Below are positions 11,635-24,670 of a stretch of 64,000 nt of DNA, in pieces. The translations under genes were made by a program, and so were the position numbers. The notes under the pieces are model-generated. The model was given only the letters and a program-made list of their open reading frames with translations. It ran no database searches and was not told the DNA's origin. Within the stretch, counting starts at the first letter, position 1, and each line of letters begins with the position of its first letter. Location: assembly GCF_021869535.1 (NCBI RefSeq), contig NW_026262734.1, positions 52,204,001 to 52,268,000 of the forward strand, in the 5' to 3' direction. The stretch is from Mytilus californianus (taxonomy: Eukaryota).

Positions 11635-13459
11635 TGAAAGACACCAAAGGAATATTACAATGCTGAAAGACACCAAAGTGATATAACAATGCTGAAAGAT
11701 ACCAAAGACATATTACAATGCTGAAAGACACCATATGGATATTACAATGCTGAAATATACCATAGGGACATTAGAATGCTGAAAGATACCAAAGGGATAT
11801 AACAATGCTGAAAGACACCAAAGGGATATAACAATGCTGAAAGATACCAAAGGGATATTACAATGCTGAAAGATACCAAAGGGATATTACAATGCTGAAA
11901 GATACCAAAGGGATATTACAATGCTGAAAGATTCCAAAGGGATATTAGAATGCTGAAAGATACCAAAGGGATATTACAATGCTGTAGGATACCAAAGGAA
12001 TATTACAATGTTGAAAGATACCAAAGTGATATTACAATGCTGAAAGACACAAAAGGGATTTAACAATGCTGAAAGATACCAAAGGGATATTACAATGCTG
12101 AAAGATTCCAAAGGGATATTAAAATGCTGAAAGATACCAAAGGGATATTACAATGCTGTAAGATACCAAAGGGATATTACAATGCTGAAAGATACCGAAG
12201 GGATATTACAATGCTGAAAGATACCAAAGGAATATTACAATGCTGAAAGATACCGAAGGGATATTACAATGCTAAAAGATATCAAAGAAATATTACAATG
12301 CTGAAATATACCAAAGGAATATTACAGTGCTGAAAGACACCAAAGAGATATTACAATGCTGAAAGATACCAAAGGGATATTAGAATGCTGAAAGATACTA
12401 AAGAGATATTACGATGCTGAAATATACCAAAGAGATATTAGAATGCTGAAAGATACCAAAGGGATATTACAATGCTGAGAGACACCAAAGAGATATTACA
12501 ATGCTGAAAGATACCAAAGGGATATTAGAATGCTGAAAGATACTAAAGAGATATTACGATGCTGAAATATACCAAAGAGATATTAGAATGCTGAAAGATA
12601 CCAAAGGGATATTACAATGCTGAGAGACACCAAAGAGATATTACAATGCTGAAAGATACCAAAGGGATATTACAATGCTGAAAGATACCAAAGGAATATT
12701 ACAATGCTGAAAGATACCGAAGAGATATTACAATGCTAAAAGATATCAAAGGAATATTACAATGCTGAAATATACCAAAGGAATATTACAGTGCTGAAAG
12801 ACACCAAAGAGATATTACAATGCTGAAAGATACCAAAGGGATATTAGAATGCTGAAAGATACTAAAGAGATATTACGATGCTGAAATATACCAAAGAGAT
12901 ATTAGAATGCTGAAAGATACCAAAGGGATATTACAATGCTGAGAGACACCAAAGAGATATTACAATGCTGAAAGATACCAAAGGGATATTAGAATGCTGA
13001 AAGATACCAAAGGGATATTACAATGCTGAGAGATACTAAAGGGATATTACAATGCTGAAAGATACCAAAGGGATATTACAATGCTGAGAGATACTAAAGG
13101 GATATTACAATGCTGAAAGATACCAAAGGGATATTACAATGCTGAAAGATACCAAAGGGATATTACAATGCTGAAAGATACCAAAGGGATATTACAATGC
13201 TGAAAGATACTAAAGGGATATTACAATGCTGAAAGATACCATAGGGATATTAGAATGCTAAAAGTTACCAAAGGGAAATTACAATGCTGAACGATACCAA
13301 AGGGATATTACAATGCTGAAAGATACCAAAGGGATATTACAATGCTGAGAGATATCAAAGGGATATTACAATGTTGAAAGACACAAAAGAGATATTACAA
13401 TGCTGAAAGATACCAAAGGGATATTACAATGCTGAAAGACACCAAAGGGATATTAGAAT
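11635..13459 (+). repeat. 29-bp minisatellite, ~63 copies
   Basis: Consensus CCAAAGGGATATTACAATGCTGAAAGATA, head-to-tail with no spacers. Confidence 0.95.
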
Positions 13460-14485
13460 TCATAAGAAGATGACATCCTGACAACGCCATTGCAAAAATA
13501 AAAACTGAAAACGGCCAAAAGACAAACAGTTTCCTTTTCACTCTCAACGGATGCACGTGATTTCTTTCAATGCTTGTAACGTTGTTGCTGAATGATTATT
13601 CATAAGAAAGCTGAACTACTAAAATGAAATACCAAAAAAAAAAAACATACCGTTTATTCTGACACACGAAGAAGCATGAACATTACGTCTTCATACATCG
13701 TTTTGTACTCTCATTTGAAAAAAAAATGAAAACAACAAGTTATAAATTTCATGCGTCCGAAGCTTTCCTGGAGTTACCTTCATCGATCACGAATGCTCTA
13801 AAAATAAAATCAAAAAGCAAATTTAGATACGTTTAAAAAAAAAATCCAAAACATTTTTCTAGCTAAAACATAATCTTATCTTATTTTAGCAATTCAGTTC
13901 TTCACGTCTTTAATGTCTTATACATCCTTGGCTCTAAAATTTATCTTTGAGTGTTTCTGATGAAGAACGGGAAAGTCTATGTCTATTTATTTATCAAAAT
14001 TATTTCATTACACTTGAATGTGTAATATTTTCGTTTTGCCTTACAGTGGTCTAATGATATTAGTGTCTTAGAAACCATGTATAAAAGCGTACAGTCTGTA
14101 TATAAAACTGATCTGCACCGACCAATTTGCATTAGTAAGACTGCTCAAGTTTTGAGATATTGAGAAGCAATATGATATGACAGAAGATGTGGGTAAGATG
14201 ACCCGGACACATGCTATGGTCATTGAAAATACAACATTACAGTAAGCCCGATATCATTTGATAGACATTTCGTATATATGGAAAAAAAAAAAATGAAAGG
14301 AATAAGCTTTCAAATATTAACATTTAATTCTCTAAAAGAGAATGACGTTAAACTCATACTAATTATCATCATTATATTAAAGGGCTGCCACACGATTACA
14401 TATTAGGGTAACTATTGTTAGGGAAATAACTTTTATAGATTAAAAGCATGTTTCTGTCCACTATTTTATAAATATTAGGTTTCGG

Positions 14486-14527
14486 CGCCACTGACGAGTA
14501 TTAAGTAGAAAAAATGCGCGCCTGAAG
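14486..14527 (+). ncRNA. Degenerate hammerhead motif (same family as 2013)
   Basis: gcgcca-CTGACGA-gtat(taagt)agaa-aaaatgcgcgcc. Helix II and GAAA are disrupted. Confidence 0.4.
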
Positions 14528-14794
14528 TACCAAATGATAAGCCTGGTATCTTCGGTGAGTTTTCTTTTTGAATATTCCAAACAGTTTATTTCAAAATAGT
14601 ATCTTTCAATTCATTAGATTGTGTACTCCAAAATTTAGAACACACGACTATTACGTTATGGCTGTCAATAATCGGCAGTTAAAAACACTTGACATATAAC
14701 TAAAACAAATTTTTTAGTGGTTCATTTAAAATGCGTTGTAAATAAATTTTTCAAGAAACTGCAGAAGTGAACTAATTTTATTTGCATTTGCTAA

Positions 14795-15374
14795 AGGAGT
14801 AGGTCCAGTAAGGCCCCTTTTTGGCCCCACAATATAGCAGTTTTACAAAATTGTTAAAATGTAAATTTTTAGCTATTTATTGGAAAAAGAATACTTCTGT
14901 TACATAAATATGGGCTGTTTTTAACAATACAATGCACATGTATCGGGTACTAGCATCATTAAGTCATGCTAAATTATTGAAATCTTCGAAATTTTTGCAT
15001 TTTGGTTAATTTTTAGACGGTTTCCGTCTGAAATGGAAGTGGCCGCATTTGTGTTCATTCTTAATATTTAAATGGAAGTTGTATTTGATGATAATACATA
15101 ACATATATATAGGTTGAGAATGAACACGGATGCGGCCAGTTTCATTTTTGACAAAAAAACATCTGAAAAGTGACATATTATGGCATATTTGATAGGTTTG
15201 TCATATTTAAGCTTGAATTTGAGCGTCTTTAATGACTAAATCAGTTCAAATCTTTCACATAAACTAGTTGAATCGACTGAGGTAGACACCTAAGTGTTTA
15301 ATAAGTGTCCAAAATCTTTCATCAGATGAACCTGAATTTTGAGGCCAAAATCGGCCCTTACCGGACCTACTCCT
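14795..15374. mobile_element. 580-bp MITE, Kolobok-like termini
   Basis: About 30-bp TIRs AGGAGTAGGTCCAGTAAGG / CCTTACCGGACCTACTCCT, flanked by CTAA and TTCA (degenerate TTAA). Confidence 0.75.
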
Positions 15375-15759
15375 TTCAACAATTTAAATATTATACTTAT
15401 ATGCAGCGCAAGAGACGATTACCCTGTCGACGCTCCTTGTCTCGCTCCTTTTTTGGTTCATGTGATTCCCTGAGTTTTGTTTGTCACTTTGATTTGTCTC
15501 TTTGAACTATTTTCTAAATTTTAAAATCGGTAAACTACGGCCGTCTTAATTTATATCTCATTATATTAATTTCGTCAAGTGTTATTATTTTATTTCTAAT
15601 ATATCTTTGATTGTTACTCATGTATTGCAAAGAAGAAGGGATTAGTTAAAAAAAAAATAATCTGCATGGTTAAAATATTTTTCAAAACTGGATATGGTTT
15701 AAAAAAAAATGCCAAATCTACATGGTTAAAGAAATATATAGTTATAGTACTCAGAATGG

Positions 15760-15890
15760 TAACGGGAAATGTGTCAAAGAGATAACAAGTCGACCAAAGA
15801 GCAGAAAACACCCAGAGCAATCAATGGGTCTTCAACGCAGCGATAAATCCCGCACACAGAGGCTGGCGTGAGCTGGCCCCTAAACAATAT
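15760..15890. mobile_element. Fragment of interspersed repeat (gtgtcaaagagacaacaacccgacc...ggcccctaaacaat family)
   Basis: A longer opposite-orientation copy lies at ~30705-31110. Confidence 0.6.
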
Positions 15891-16190
15891 TTATTTTTTA
15901 ATGTCACTGTCTTCTATTTTTTTTTTTTATATTTACCGTTTACGTAAACATTTTAAAGTAGTTACCAAAGAATGTTTTTATCTAAAAGTTGTTTTTCCTT
16001 CTGCGGAACATATTTCCAATCAACTGTCAAAACATATTTGATATAAATCAGTACACGTACAAACATGTATGTACGTGCACATTATAAAATATTGTTTTTA
16101 TTAAAAAGAGATGTGGTGTATACGCAAATGACACAGCAACCAAACGACAGCAACCCCAAAGAGACTATAGATACCACCACTGCAAAAAGT

Positions 16191-16570
16191 GTGTAACGAT
16201 ATTTCTCCACTTGAGACAGTTAAATATTAATATTTAAAGCGCGAGGCTTGCCGAGCTTTTTATATAATTGAAATTTAACTGTTGAGAGTGGAGAAATATC
16301 GTAATACACGAGTTATAGTAGTGGAATCTGTTTCTTTAATGATTTTTATCCTTCCTTTTCAAAGATTTGCCGAAAGTTGTGTTCTTTATATGTGACGTCA
16401 TCAGGCATGGTCGCCTTTTTTCATGACGTCACAATGGGAAAGTCGGAGGCAACCAAGACAAAGTTGATGTCATAATTAAATTTCGAACAATCATTTGCCG
16501 AGAACAGACATTTCACTAGTGAGGAGAAATATTTTTCTCACACCGATCAAGAAATGTGAAAATAGCACTA
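16191..16570. mobile_element. Non-autonomous element starting with a ~35-bp-arm inverted repeat
   Basis: gtgtaacgatatttctccact...acagttaaat (16191-16225) pairs with atttaactgt...agtggagaaatatcgtaatacac (16273-16309). Family not assigned. Confidence 0.5.
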
Positions 16571-16879
16571 AAGTTAGAGAAATCAATATAAAGTCCCTTT
16601 CAACATAACGGAATGTATCCAAATGCGAAGATCTTAAGTTTTCAAAGTGAAAAAAAGGTGTGAATGGAATATCTACAGAGACTATCCTATCAAAGATCTA
16701 TTTTCAATACTAAACACATTATGATAGTTATGACAAGAGACAACAAATGATGAGTTTCTCATGAACATGTTATTGATATACTCAATCACGTTTTTATCTC
16801 GATTAGTCGATTAATATCGGCAAAAAAAAACAAAAAAAACAAAAAAAAACACCCCAACCACACGATAATAAAATCATGT

Positions 16880-17115
16880 TAATATAATAGCGTAAAATGG
16901 AATTTTACGCGACTGTCATACAAGTGAGAGGTTTATCTAGCTAAAAAATTTGGTTTAATCCACCTTTTTCTACACAAGGAAATGCTTACAATACCCAGTC
17001 AAGAATATGACAATTGTTTTCTACTCGTTTGATGTGTTTGAGCTTTTGATTTTGCCATTTGATAAGGGACTTTCTGTTTTGAATTTTCCTATGAGTTCAG
17101 TATTTGTTATTTTGC
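16880..17115. mobile_element. Interspersed repeat fragment (gtcccttatcaaatggcaaaatcaaaagc family)
   Basis: Reverse-complement matches at ~1110-1290; same-orientation partial copy at ~57570-57710. Confidence 0.6.
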
Positions 17116-18141
17116 TTTTTATAATAAAGCATTTTTTTTAAGCTCAACTCAAAATATCTTTATTTGTCAACCCCAACTGATGATATATTCTATATTCTTT
17201 GGAACATTTAACCAATGAATTTTACAAAAAATACCGCTGTGGTGTTAAACTTCTTGAAACAGATGTCTTATCCATATACATTTATATTTGTTATTATAGA
17301 TAATTATAATTGAATAAATACTATAAATCAGTATCAATTGACGCAATGTTATCAATCTGATAACATTTTGACATGTACTTACACAAATAACAAAAAATAT
17401 CCTTTTGGTATTTTCGGCCTTTTTTTAACAGGTTACTTTATTGAAGAAAAAAACCTTTTTTTCTAACAACCAATACACATGATACACTTGTAATGTAAAA
17501 TAATGCAATGTTTATTTTTGAAACAGTTGTCATTATAAATACAGGCAACATGTTAAATAGTATTATAATCATTTTCTAACACTTTTAATTAAGTCGAGTG
17601 TAGCGTAGTGAGTAGGATCTGTTAACCATTACGGAGCACCCGAGATTCCACCAGTATTTGTTACGCTTCCTGTTTCTCTGTCTTTTGTATTCTATAAGTA
17701 TTTTATCGACTGGTTTTGTCTTTTCGTCGTTTTTTTGCGATGATTTTATCGCTTATATTAAAATTTTTGATTGTCCATTTGACATTGTTTGCCTCTTTTT
17801 TCAAAACGTATGCTGTAAATCATTTTAATGCATAACTTTCATTCAACAAATTTTGTTAAAATTTGACTCACTTCCCATAAGGGGTTTTAATAATAATGAA
17901 AACTTTTGAATATATTAATTTGAGGTTTTGTGGCTCAATCGCTCCGTGACATGTATGCAAAAATTTTTGAAACCTGAATACAATATTATAATCTTCGCAA
18001 ACATCAAAAATGCCTTATGTATACATTTCACGTGTTGTACTTTACAAATACAATACACATGTTGAGTTGTTACTAATTTTGCACGTGTTATGTGTTTTTT
18101 ATATACATTGCACAAGTTTTTTTATACATTGCACGTGTTGT

Positions 18142-18144
<3 letters not shown>

Positions 18145-18176
<32 letters not shown>
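18145..18176. repeat. (TA)n microsatellite among short atacattgcac repeats
   Basis: 16 TA units ~250 bp upstream of the copy B ATG. Confidence 0.9.
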
Positions 18177-18179
<3 letters not shown>

Positions 18180-18427
18180 TGCACGTGTTGTGTTGTTTCT
18201 GATGAACTGCAGGTGGTCTGTTGTTACTAATTTATCTAGTTGATAATTCTTCTAATCCTTTATGACGCAAGTAATATGTATGTCATGTTGGCAGGATTAG
18301 TGATGTGCTACAAATATAAGACCTCGTCAATTCAATTCATTGTTATTGTAATTTTAGTAACGAATATTGGTATATTTTGTAGAAATACAGATCTCTAAGG
18401 TTAATAACACGAATAAGTATTTCGAAA

Positions 18428-18835
18428 ATGCCTCATCTCGGATTTAGAATGCAATTAAAAGAAAACGAAAAACCAATTTTCTGGATTGAAGAAACGTCTA
18501 TAGAAAAATCATTTGAGGAAATCATCAGCTTAGTATCCTACGGGGATTTCAATGAGGCGTATTGTCTGCTGAAGAACATATTGTATAGAACATCAAAACT
18601 CAACAACAATACAATGATGTTAATATTGATATGTCAGTTTTGTTCTTCATCAAATGAAGAAGACGTTTTACCCTTCGTTCGTTTCTTGCTAAATGGAGGT
18701 GCATGTGTGGCCGCAGTTGATAACTCTGGAAATTCTGCTATAAAATATGCTAACAAAAACGGATTATGGAAAATCAAGAAGATACTTAATGCTGAAATAA
18801 CTTTTTCAATTCTTGACCAATACAACGTTTTTTGA
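18428..18835 (+). CDS. Divergent mini-ankyrin-repeat protein, copy B (135 aa)
   Basis: ATG ORF with LICQ...EEDV...FLLNGGACVAAVDNSGNSAIKYANKNG. About 40% identity to copy A over the C-terminal ~70 aa (manual alignment). Ends SILDQYNVF. Confidence 0.75.
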   Translation: MPHLGFRMQLKENEKPIFWIEETSIEKSFEEIISLVSYGDFNEAYCLLKNILYRTSKLNNNTMMLILICQFCSSSNEEDVLPFVRFLLNGGACVAAVDNSGNSAIKYANKNGLWKIKKILNAEITFSILDQYNVF

Positions 18836-21800
18836 GTTTTTTTGAAAAGACATATGAAGAATATATTTATCAAAAGACATAAATAAGAAGTATAATATTT
18901 TTGTATCAGCTGATCGTGCGAGACCCTCATGGTTAGTCAAGGTCGTTAAACATCCCATAGTAGTAGTATCAATATATTTAATTTGTTTAAAAACCAATCA
19001 TATGTGTCAGAACAGCTAAGAAGGAATAGTCATCTGCTTTTCTAAGTGATACTGTAATATATCTCAGTTTTTATTCTTTCATACTACACTATTTAAAGAT
19101 ATTGTAAGTATGAAAACGGCTAAGTTACAGATGTGTCTGATTTTCTGATTTCTGCAAGAACCTTGCAGAAACATACAATGTCATTTTTCTGAATGCAGAT
19201 GAATAGACATGTAGTAATTTGAAAGTTTGTTTTTTTGCGGCCTGTTATTGAAGCAAGAATGGGATATACTGTATATTGTATTCCATGTAAACAATAAGAA
19301 GAAAAAAAGATAAATTCAATGGTTTTGTTTCTTTTGTATATACAATAATTTAACAAAAATAACATGTTTTCATTTATTGAGTTGTAATTGTGCTTACTTT
19401 TTGTATTCTTTAATCTCATATAACATGTAGTGTAGAAAAATAAAACATTAAAACCCTTCAACAAAGCATCTGTTTTGCATTTTTGTTTTTATCCGATTAA
19501 TGTGTACATTGTCAATACCCGAATAGCTATAGTTATCTGCAAAATTTAAACGTACCTTTCCTTCTTTAACTAGAATTTTATTCCGGTTTTAAATCGGGCT
19601 CTAGTAACTCAGTCTTAAGTTTTATGTGAAGTGCTGCGATGACTATTATTTGCTTTTTTCGTTGTTTTTTGTCATGATATTGTCTGTTTTATTTGACTTC
19701 TTCCTCATGTTGGTATTTAATTTCCGTTTGAAACTGTACCCGTTTTGAACTTTCCCTTAATGTCTGACTTTAGAATATATTCGAGTGATGCATATGTAAC
19801 AGACAATCTTGTTCTGTTCGTGAAGGAAATTTTTTTATAAACACTTTAAACATGTTAAATAATCAATCTTATTCTTACAACGGTTTTCGTTTGATAAGAC
19901 ATTAAAACAAACACACGACTTCTTATATTCGAGGCAAGCACCCTAAAAAATATTATCACCAAGTCCGCCATTGCTTTATAGCTTCCAGAGAGTAAAACGT
20001 TGGTCGGCAGTTTGATATAGTTCAGTAATTAAAGTGTCTAACGGTGCAGCATCATATTATTGCTAGTTTTTTTTTTTAATATTTGCTACGTATGTAATAA
20101 GACACATACAAGCGATATGCATCAACAACACTCAAGCCTAAGGTTAATATTAAAAGTATTTCACACACAATAATGCTATATAGATATCACTTAAAAAAAG
20201 AGACGGAAGATACCAAAGGGATTTTCAAACTCGTAATAAAGTCGAAGACAAATTGACAACGCCATTACACGAAACAAATCTTGGAAAACAACGACCAAGC
20301 AACACGAACCCAACCAAATACCGAAGACGAAAGCAGGTGCTAAAAGGGTAGTAATGCAGATGGAAATAATTATAGTATTACTTTTTGATATGACAAGGTA
20401 TTATTTCCAACAAATATTTCAATTTTTATTCTCTTTTTCTAATTGTTTTCATCATTATTACATCACATTATTTGTCAATGTCTTAATACCGTTGATAAAT
20501 TTTTAGAAAAAAAACAATAACACTAAATATGTTATATTCCATCTTCTCCTTATACCCTAAAAGTCACGTGCATAGAAAACATTTAAGTTGTCGATCTATA
20601 ACACTACACATGTGAGTATACAGAACAGCATTAACGCAACAAAAAGTTTCTTCTTTTTGTACAATAATTATCAATTTGATAGTCTAAAGCTGTTACAAAC
20701 ACGTTTTCTAATTGATAGCGTGTCCATTCAAATTCAAATAATTCATCGAAGAATCGTGATCTTCATATTGAAAAGTGTGTACCATAGTTCACTTTTGCAT
20801 TGGTTTGTTGTTTGTGGTTCTTTTTTATGTTCTATTTCTATTTTGAACGGCTGTGATCTAGCAATATGATTATCGGCACGTTTGAATTTCATTGTACAGA
20901 ATATTATTAGTTACATAGTGTGCTAGTGCCCGAAACGATATATATGGGGTCAGTAAATTCTATATGGGATGAGAGCGAATTAATCCCATATGAAATGTAC
21001 ACGGTCTCCACGCGGTTACTTTTAGTCAATCATATTCATAGAAATGTATAGGAGTTAAGACAAATATATATATATATATAAATATATATACGCAGCTACA
21101 GAACGTATGGTTTGACCAGTACATTCGATGTATCTTGTTAAAAAAAGTTTGTTTCCTGTCGGAGAAAGAACTCGGCATTAACTCTTTAATATTTGAAACC
21201 CTGAGGGTTGACTAGGGTATAGAAACATGATCACCTGCAACTCGTCTGTTCCTGCAGTAAAATAATTATGTTCCCTTGCACTTCTCCCGTTGCTGCAGTA
21301 AAATATTTGTTAAATTAGGTATACGTTTTGCTGTGCAGGATGTATACATTAGCAGTCATGTTTGGTCGGAATTGGGGAGTGGGATACATCCCATGCCTGA
21401 TGAAGGACATGTGACACACTTTAATGCGTCATGCACGTTTAACAACAAGGTTGCAACAACTCTCTGAGGGTTCCGTAGATTTTGACACCTATTTTTGGTG
21501 CCCTTTCTCCAAGTGGCTGTCTATATTCATGATATTATTCACACTGCATCCTGGTTGTCTATCCTTAAAGAACCTACCTGTTTTATAAATTTTTATTGTT
21601 CTCGACCTAAATATGCTTGTATTTATGAGAAAAATGCGACAATATCAGGTTTTGCAATATTTAAAATTTGTACTCATAATGTCAGTAGTTATTTTCCGTC
21701 ATTAAATGTTTGCAATCGTATTAATTAGATTTAATATATTTGGCAGATGTGAAGGATTCCGAATAATAAATACAAGCATTAATTTCTGAATTTAAGTTAC

Positions 21801-23494
21801 ATTATATATTTTAAATTTACAATCTTCGTATGATCATATATAGATTTTAAATATACAAAGTAGTTAATAACAAATTATTGCATAAATATTGCTAAAATAA
21901 CTCTAACAGAAAGATGGTAAAAAATGAAAACAAAAACAAAAAAACAAACTTACTTATGTAACTGACGATGTCGAAATCTCGTGGCTATCATACATTATAC
22001 AGGAATTAGAATGCCACTTTGCTTTCATTTCATTGTAGTAATTATTAACCATTATTTTCCATGGATTTTTTTTATACACAAATAAAAATATCAACATACA
22101 TAAACTCACATTTGAATATTTATTTGTTGGTAGCCAAACTTTTTCGTCGTTGAGCTCGATATCAATACGCATAACAAACTTAAATAAGGGGACCCAATTC
22201 TCTTTAACGGCACATTACTTATAAAATTCAAAGGTAATGTTTAAAATTAATTCCATATGTTAACACAAATATTCAAATTAGGCTATTCCAACATTATACA
22301 ATTAAGTGAATAGAGTAGTTGTATAAAATTCAGTAACTCTATTTCAGCAACCAAATTTAGAAGCTTTCATTCTAGAAACAGACCAACGGTTACTGAATAG
22401 ATTGACGTCACATCAATGGCTTAAAATATTGATTAAGGTACGTTTTACATAAATTATGGTCGTTTTTGGCATTAAAACACACTCCGTTCCAGTAAGTGAA
22501 AGCAGGGTAATAAATAATCAGTTACAAATTATCTTCCAAACACTTAAAAGAACAAAACCAACATTCCCCACTAATCGTTTATTCATTAAATAAATATAGT
22601 TTATAATTAATATAATTAAACATTAGTAATGCCTCTGAAGTGATATCTCTGCCTTGTCATATGGGATAAGGTAACATATAAAAACTAGTCAATGACAGTT
22701 TCTTGAAAGATAGTATTAGTTTTGTAGTCTCAAATATTCTTGTCTGAGGTGATATCTCTGCAGATTGATTGCTAGTCATCAAAAGAATCACATCATGATT
22801 AGTTCAGTACATCGGTTATAGCATGAACATGTTCAGATATGGATTTTAAAACTTCAAAATAAATAGTGTGAATTTCTTTTTTCATAATTTGAAATTTTGC
22901 TTTTTTTCCTTGAACGTATTACTATATCGACATTATACTGAAACAATCTGCAATGTCTATCTTAGTATCAATGATAGATGGTGGTAAAAAAAAGTAGTCA
23001 AATAGGACTCTTCGTGGAATTGTTTTTCTTTAGATTGAAATAATGTGACAAATATGTTTATATTAATTGGATATAACGTCGCACTATTTTTTTTTCTCTT
23101 CCTGACATTCCCATATTTTTATGAGATGGAGAATGGCATTTTGCTAAACAACACTGCTGAGTATGATCATGCGGATTATGGCAAAACATAGACACGTCTG
23201 GTCGACGTGAGGAGAGTATATGCCTGAAAAATGCAGTTGGGAAGTGTACTGTTTTATGTTCATGGAAGAACGTAACCGTTTTGAACGTTCTTTTAGTCAC
23301 CATTTTCAACAAACATATTTTTCCTTTTTTCACATACATATCTAATATATATCTATAGTGGTAGTTCATCTTTGACTTAATGTATGTTTTCCTCGAGATC
23401 TGAATATATATTGAACATTATTATTTATTTGTTCCCATTTAAAGTATTAAAATATATTGTTTTTTTTCTTAACACTCCCAAAGAACGCATGATT

Positions 23495-24670
23495 GCTTTG
23501 ACTGCCTGCTGCATTTTTGCCAAATGAATTTTTCTGCACTTTTCATATGAAAAACCGCAAACATGCCCATCGTTTTGTCAAATTTCCCTTTCTTATATCA
23601 CTATTTTCTTTGTTATCTACTGCAATTAACTATCAAATACCTATCTTTCTTACATTGATATTTGAAGAGTACAAACGTGACATGCATACCAAAAAAAAAA
23701 AAAAAAAAAAAGGAATGACACTCACACCTTATATCAAATATCACTTGTAAATTAAATAGTTAAGTTGATCATCAATTTTAAACTTATAACATGAAAAGAT
23801 CATTGACACTGTTTACACGATTTTTATTTGAGTGTGTTAATGAATATGTCACTCAACTCTATTCGTCTAATCTTTGGATTAGCAAATTGTGAAACGTATC
23901 CGGATTTACATCGAACCCTCGAATATATTTTACACAGTAAAATTTCTAATTTGTTTAAATTATTTGGGTGTAGACATAAGTTATTTGCACTCCCAACGTG
24001 TTTTCATATAGAAACAAAACTACACTGTACCTAACCAAAATTCTCCAGCTTGATCACAAAATGAAATAAGTTGTTATATGCTGCTAATTTCGTGAGGGAA
24101 TCACGTAAAACTTAATAAAATATTTTAAATTTTGCTTTGTTTGCCTGCTGTATTTTTGCCGAAGGAGTTTTCATATGAAATACCGGAAACACGCCCATCA
24201 TTTTATCAATTTTTCTTTTTTCTTTTATCACTCATTTTTATACCGATCTTTCTTACATTGATAATTATAGAGTACAAACGTGACATGTGTACCAATAAAC
24301 TAGGACTGACACTCAATTTTACACAGATATCCCTTGCAAATTAGACATTCAAATTGATCGTCAAAACTTAACATGAGAAAATGTTATCGACACTGCCTAC
24401 ACGATATGTATTGGAGTTTGTATAAATATACAATTCAACTCTATTTGTCTAATATTTGGATTAGCATATTGTGAAAAAGAATTCGGATTTACATCGAACC
24501 CTCGAATATTATTTACACAGTTAATGCTATATCCAACGTGTTTTCACAGAGAAACAACACAACGCCATACCTACTTAAACATTTCCAGCTAGATCACCAA
24601 TTGAAATCATTTGTATATATATGCCAATTTCTTGAGGAAATCACTCAAAACCTGAAATATTTTCAATTTT
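23495..24670. repeat. Diverged tandem duplication, period ~639 bp
   Basis: Shared anchors gcctgctg (23504/24143), tacaaacgtgacatg, ggatttacatcgaaccctcgaatat. Confidence 0.8.

Noticed and set aside
11635-13459. 29-bp array as a CRISPR array or coding repeat
   Set aside because: Units are head-to-tail with no unique spacers, the context is eukaryotic, and the period is not a multiple of 3, with stops in all frames.
14047-14133. Candidate exon (ttttgccttacag ... gtaaga)
   Set aside because: No partner exons or recognisable domain, and such splice-like motifs are common in AT-rich DNA.
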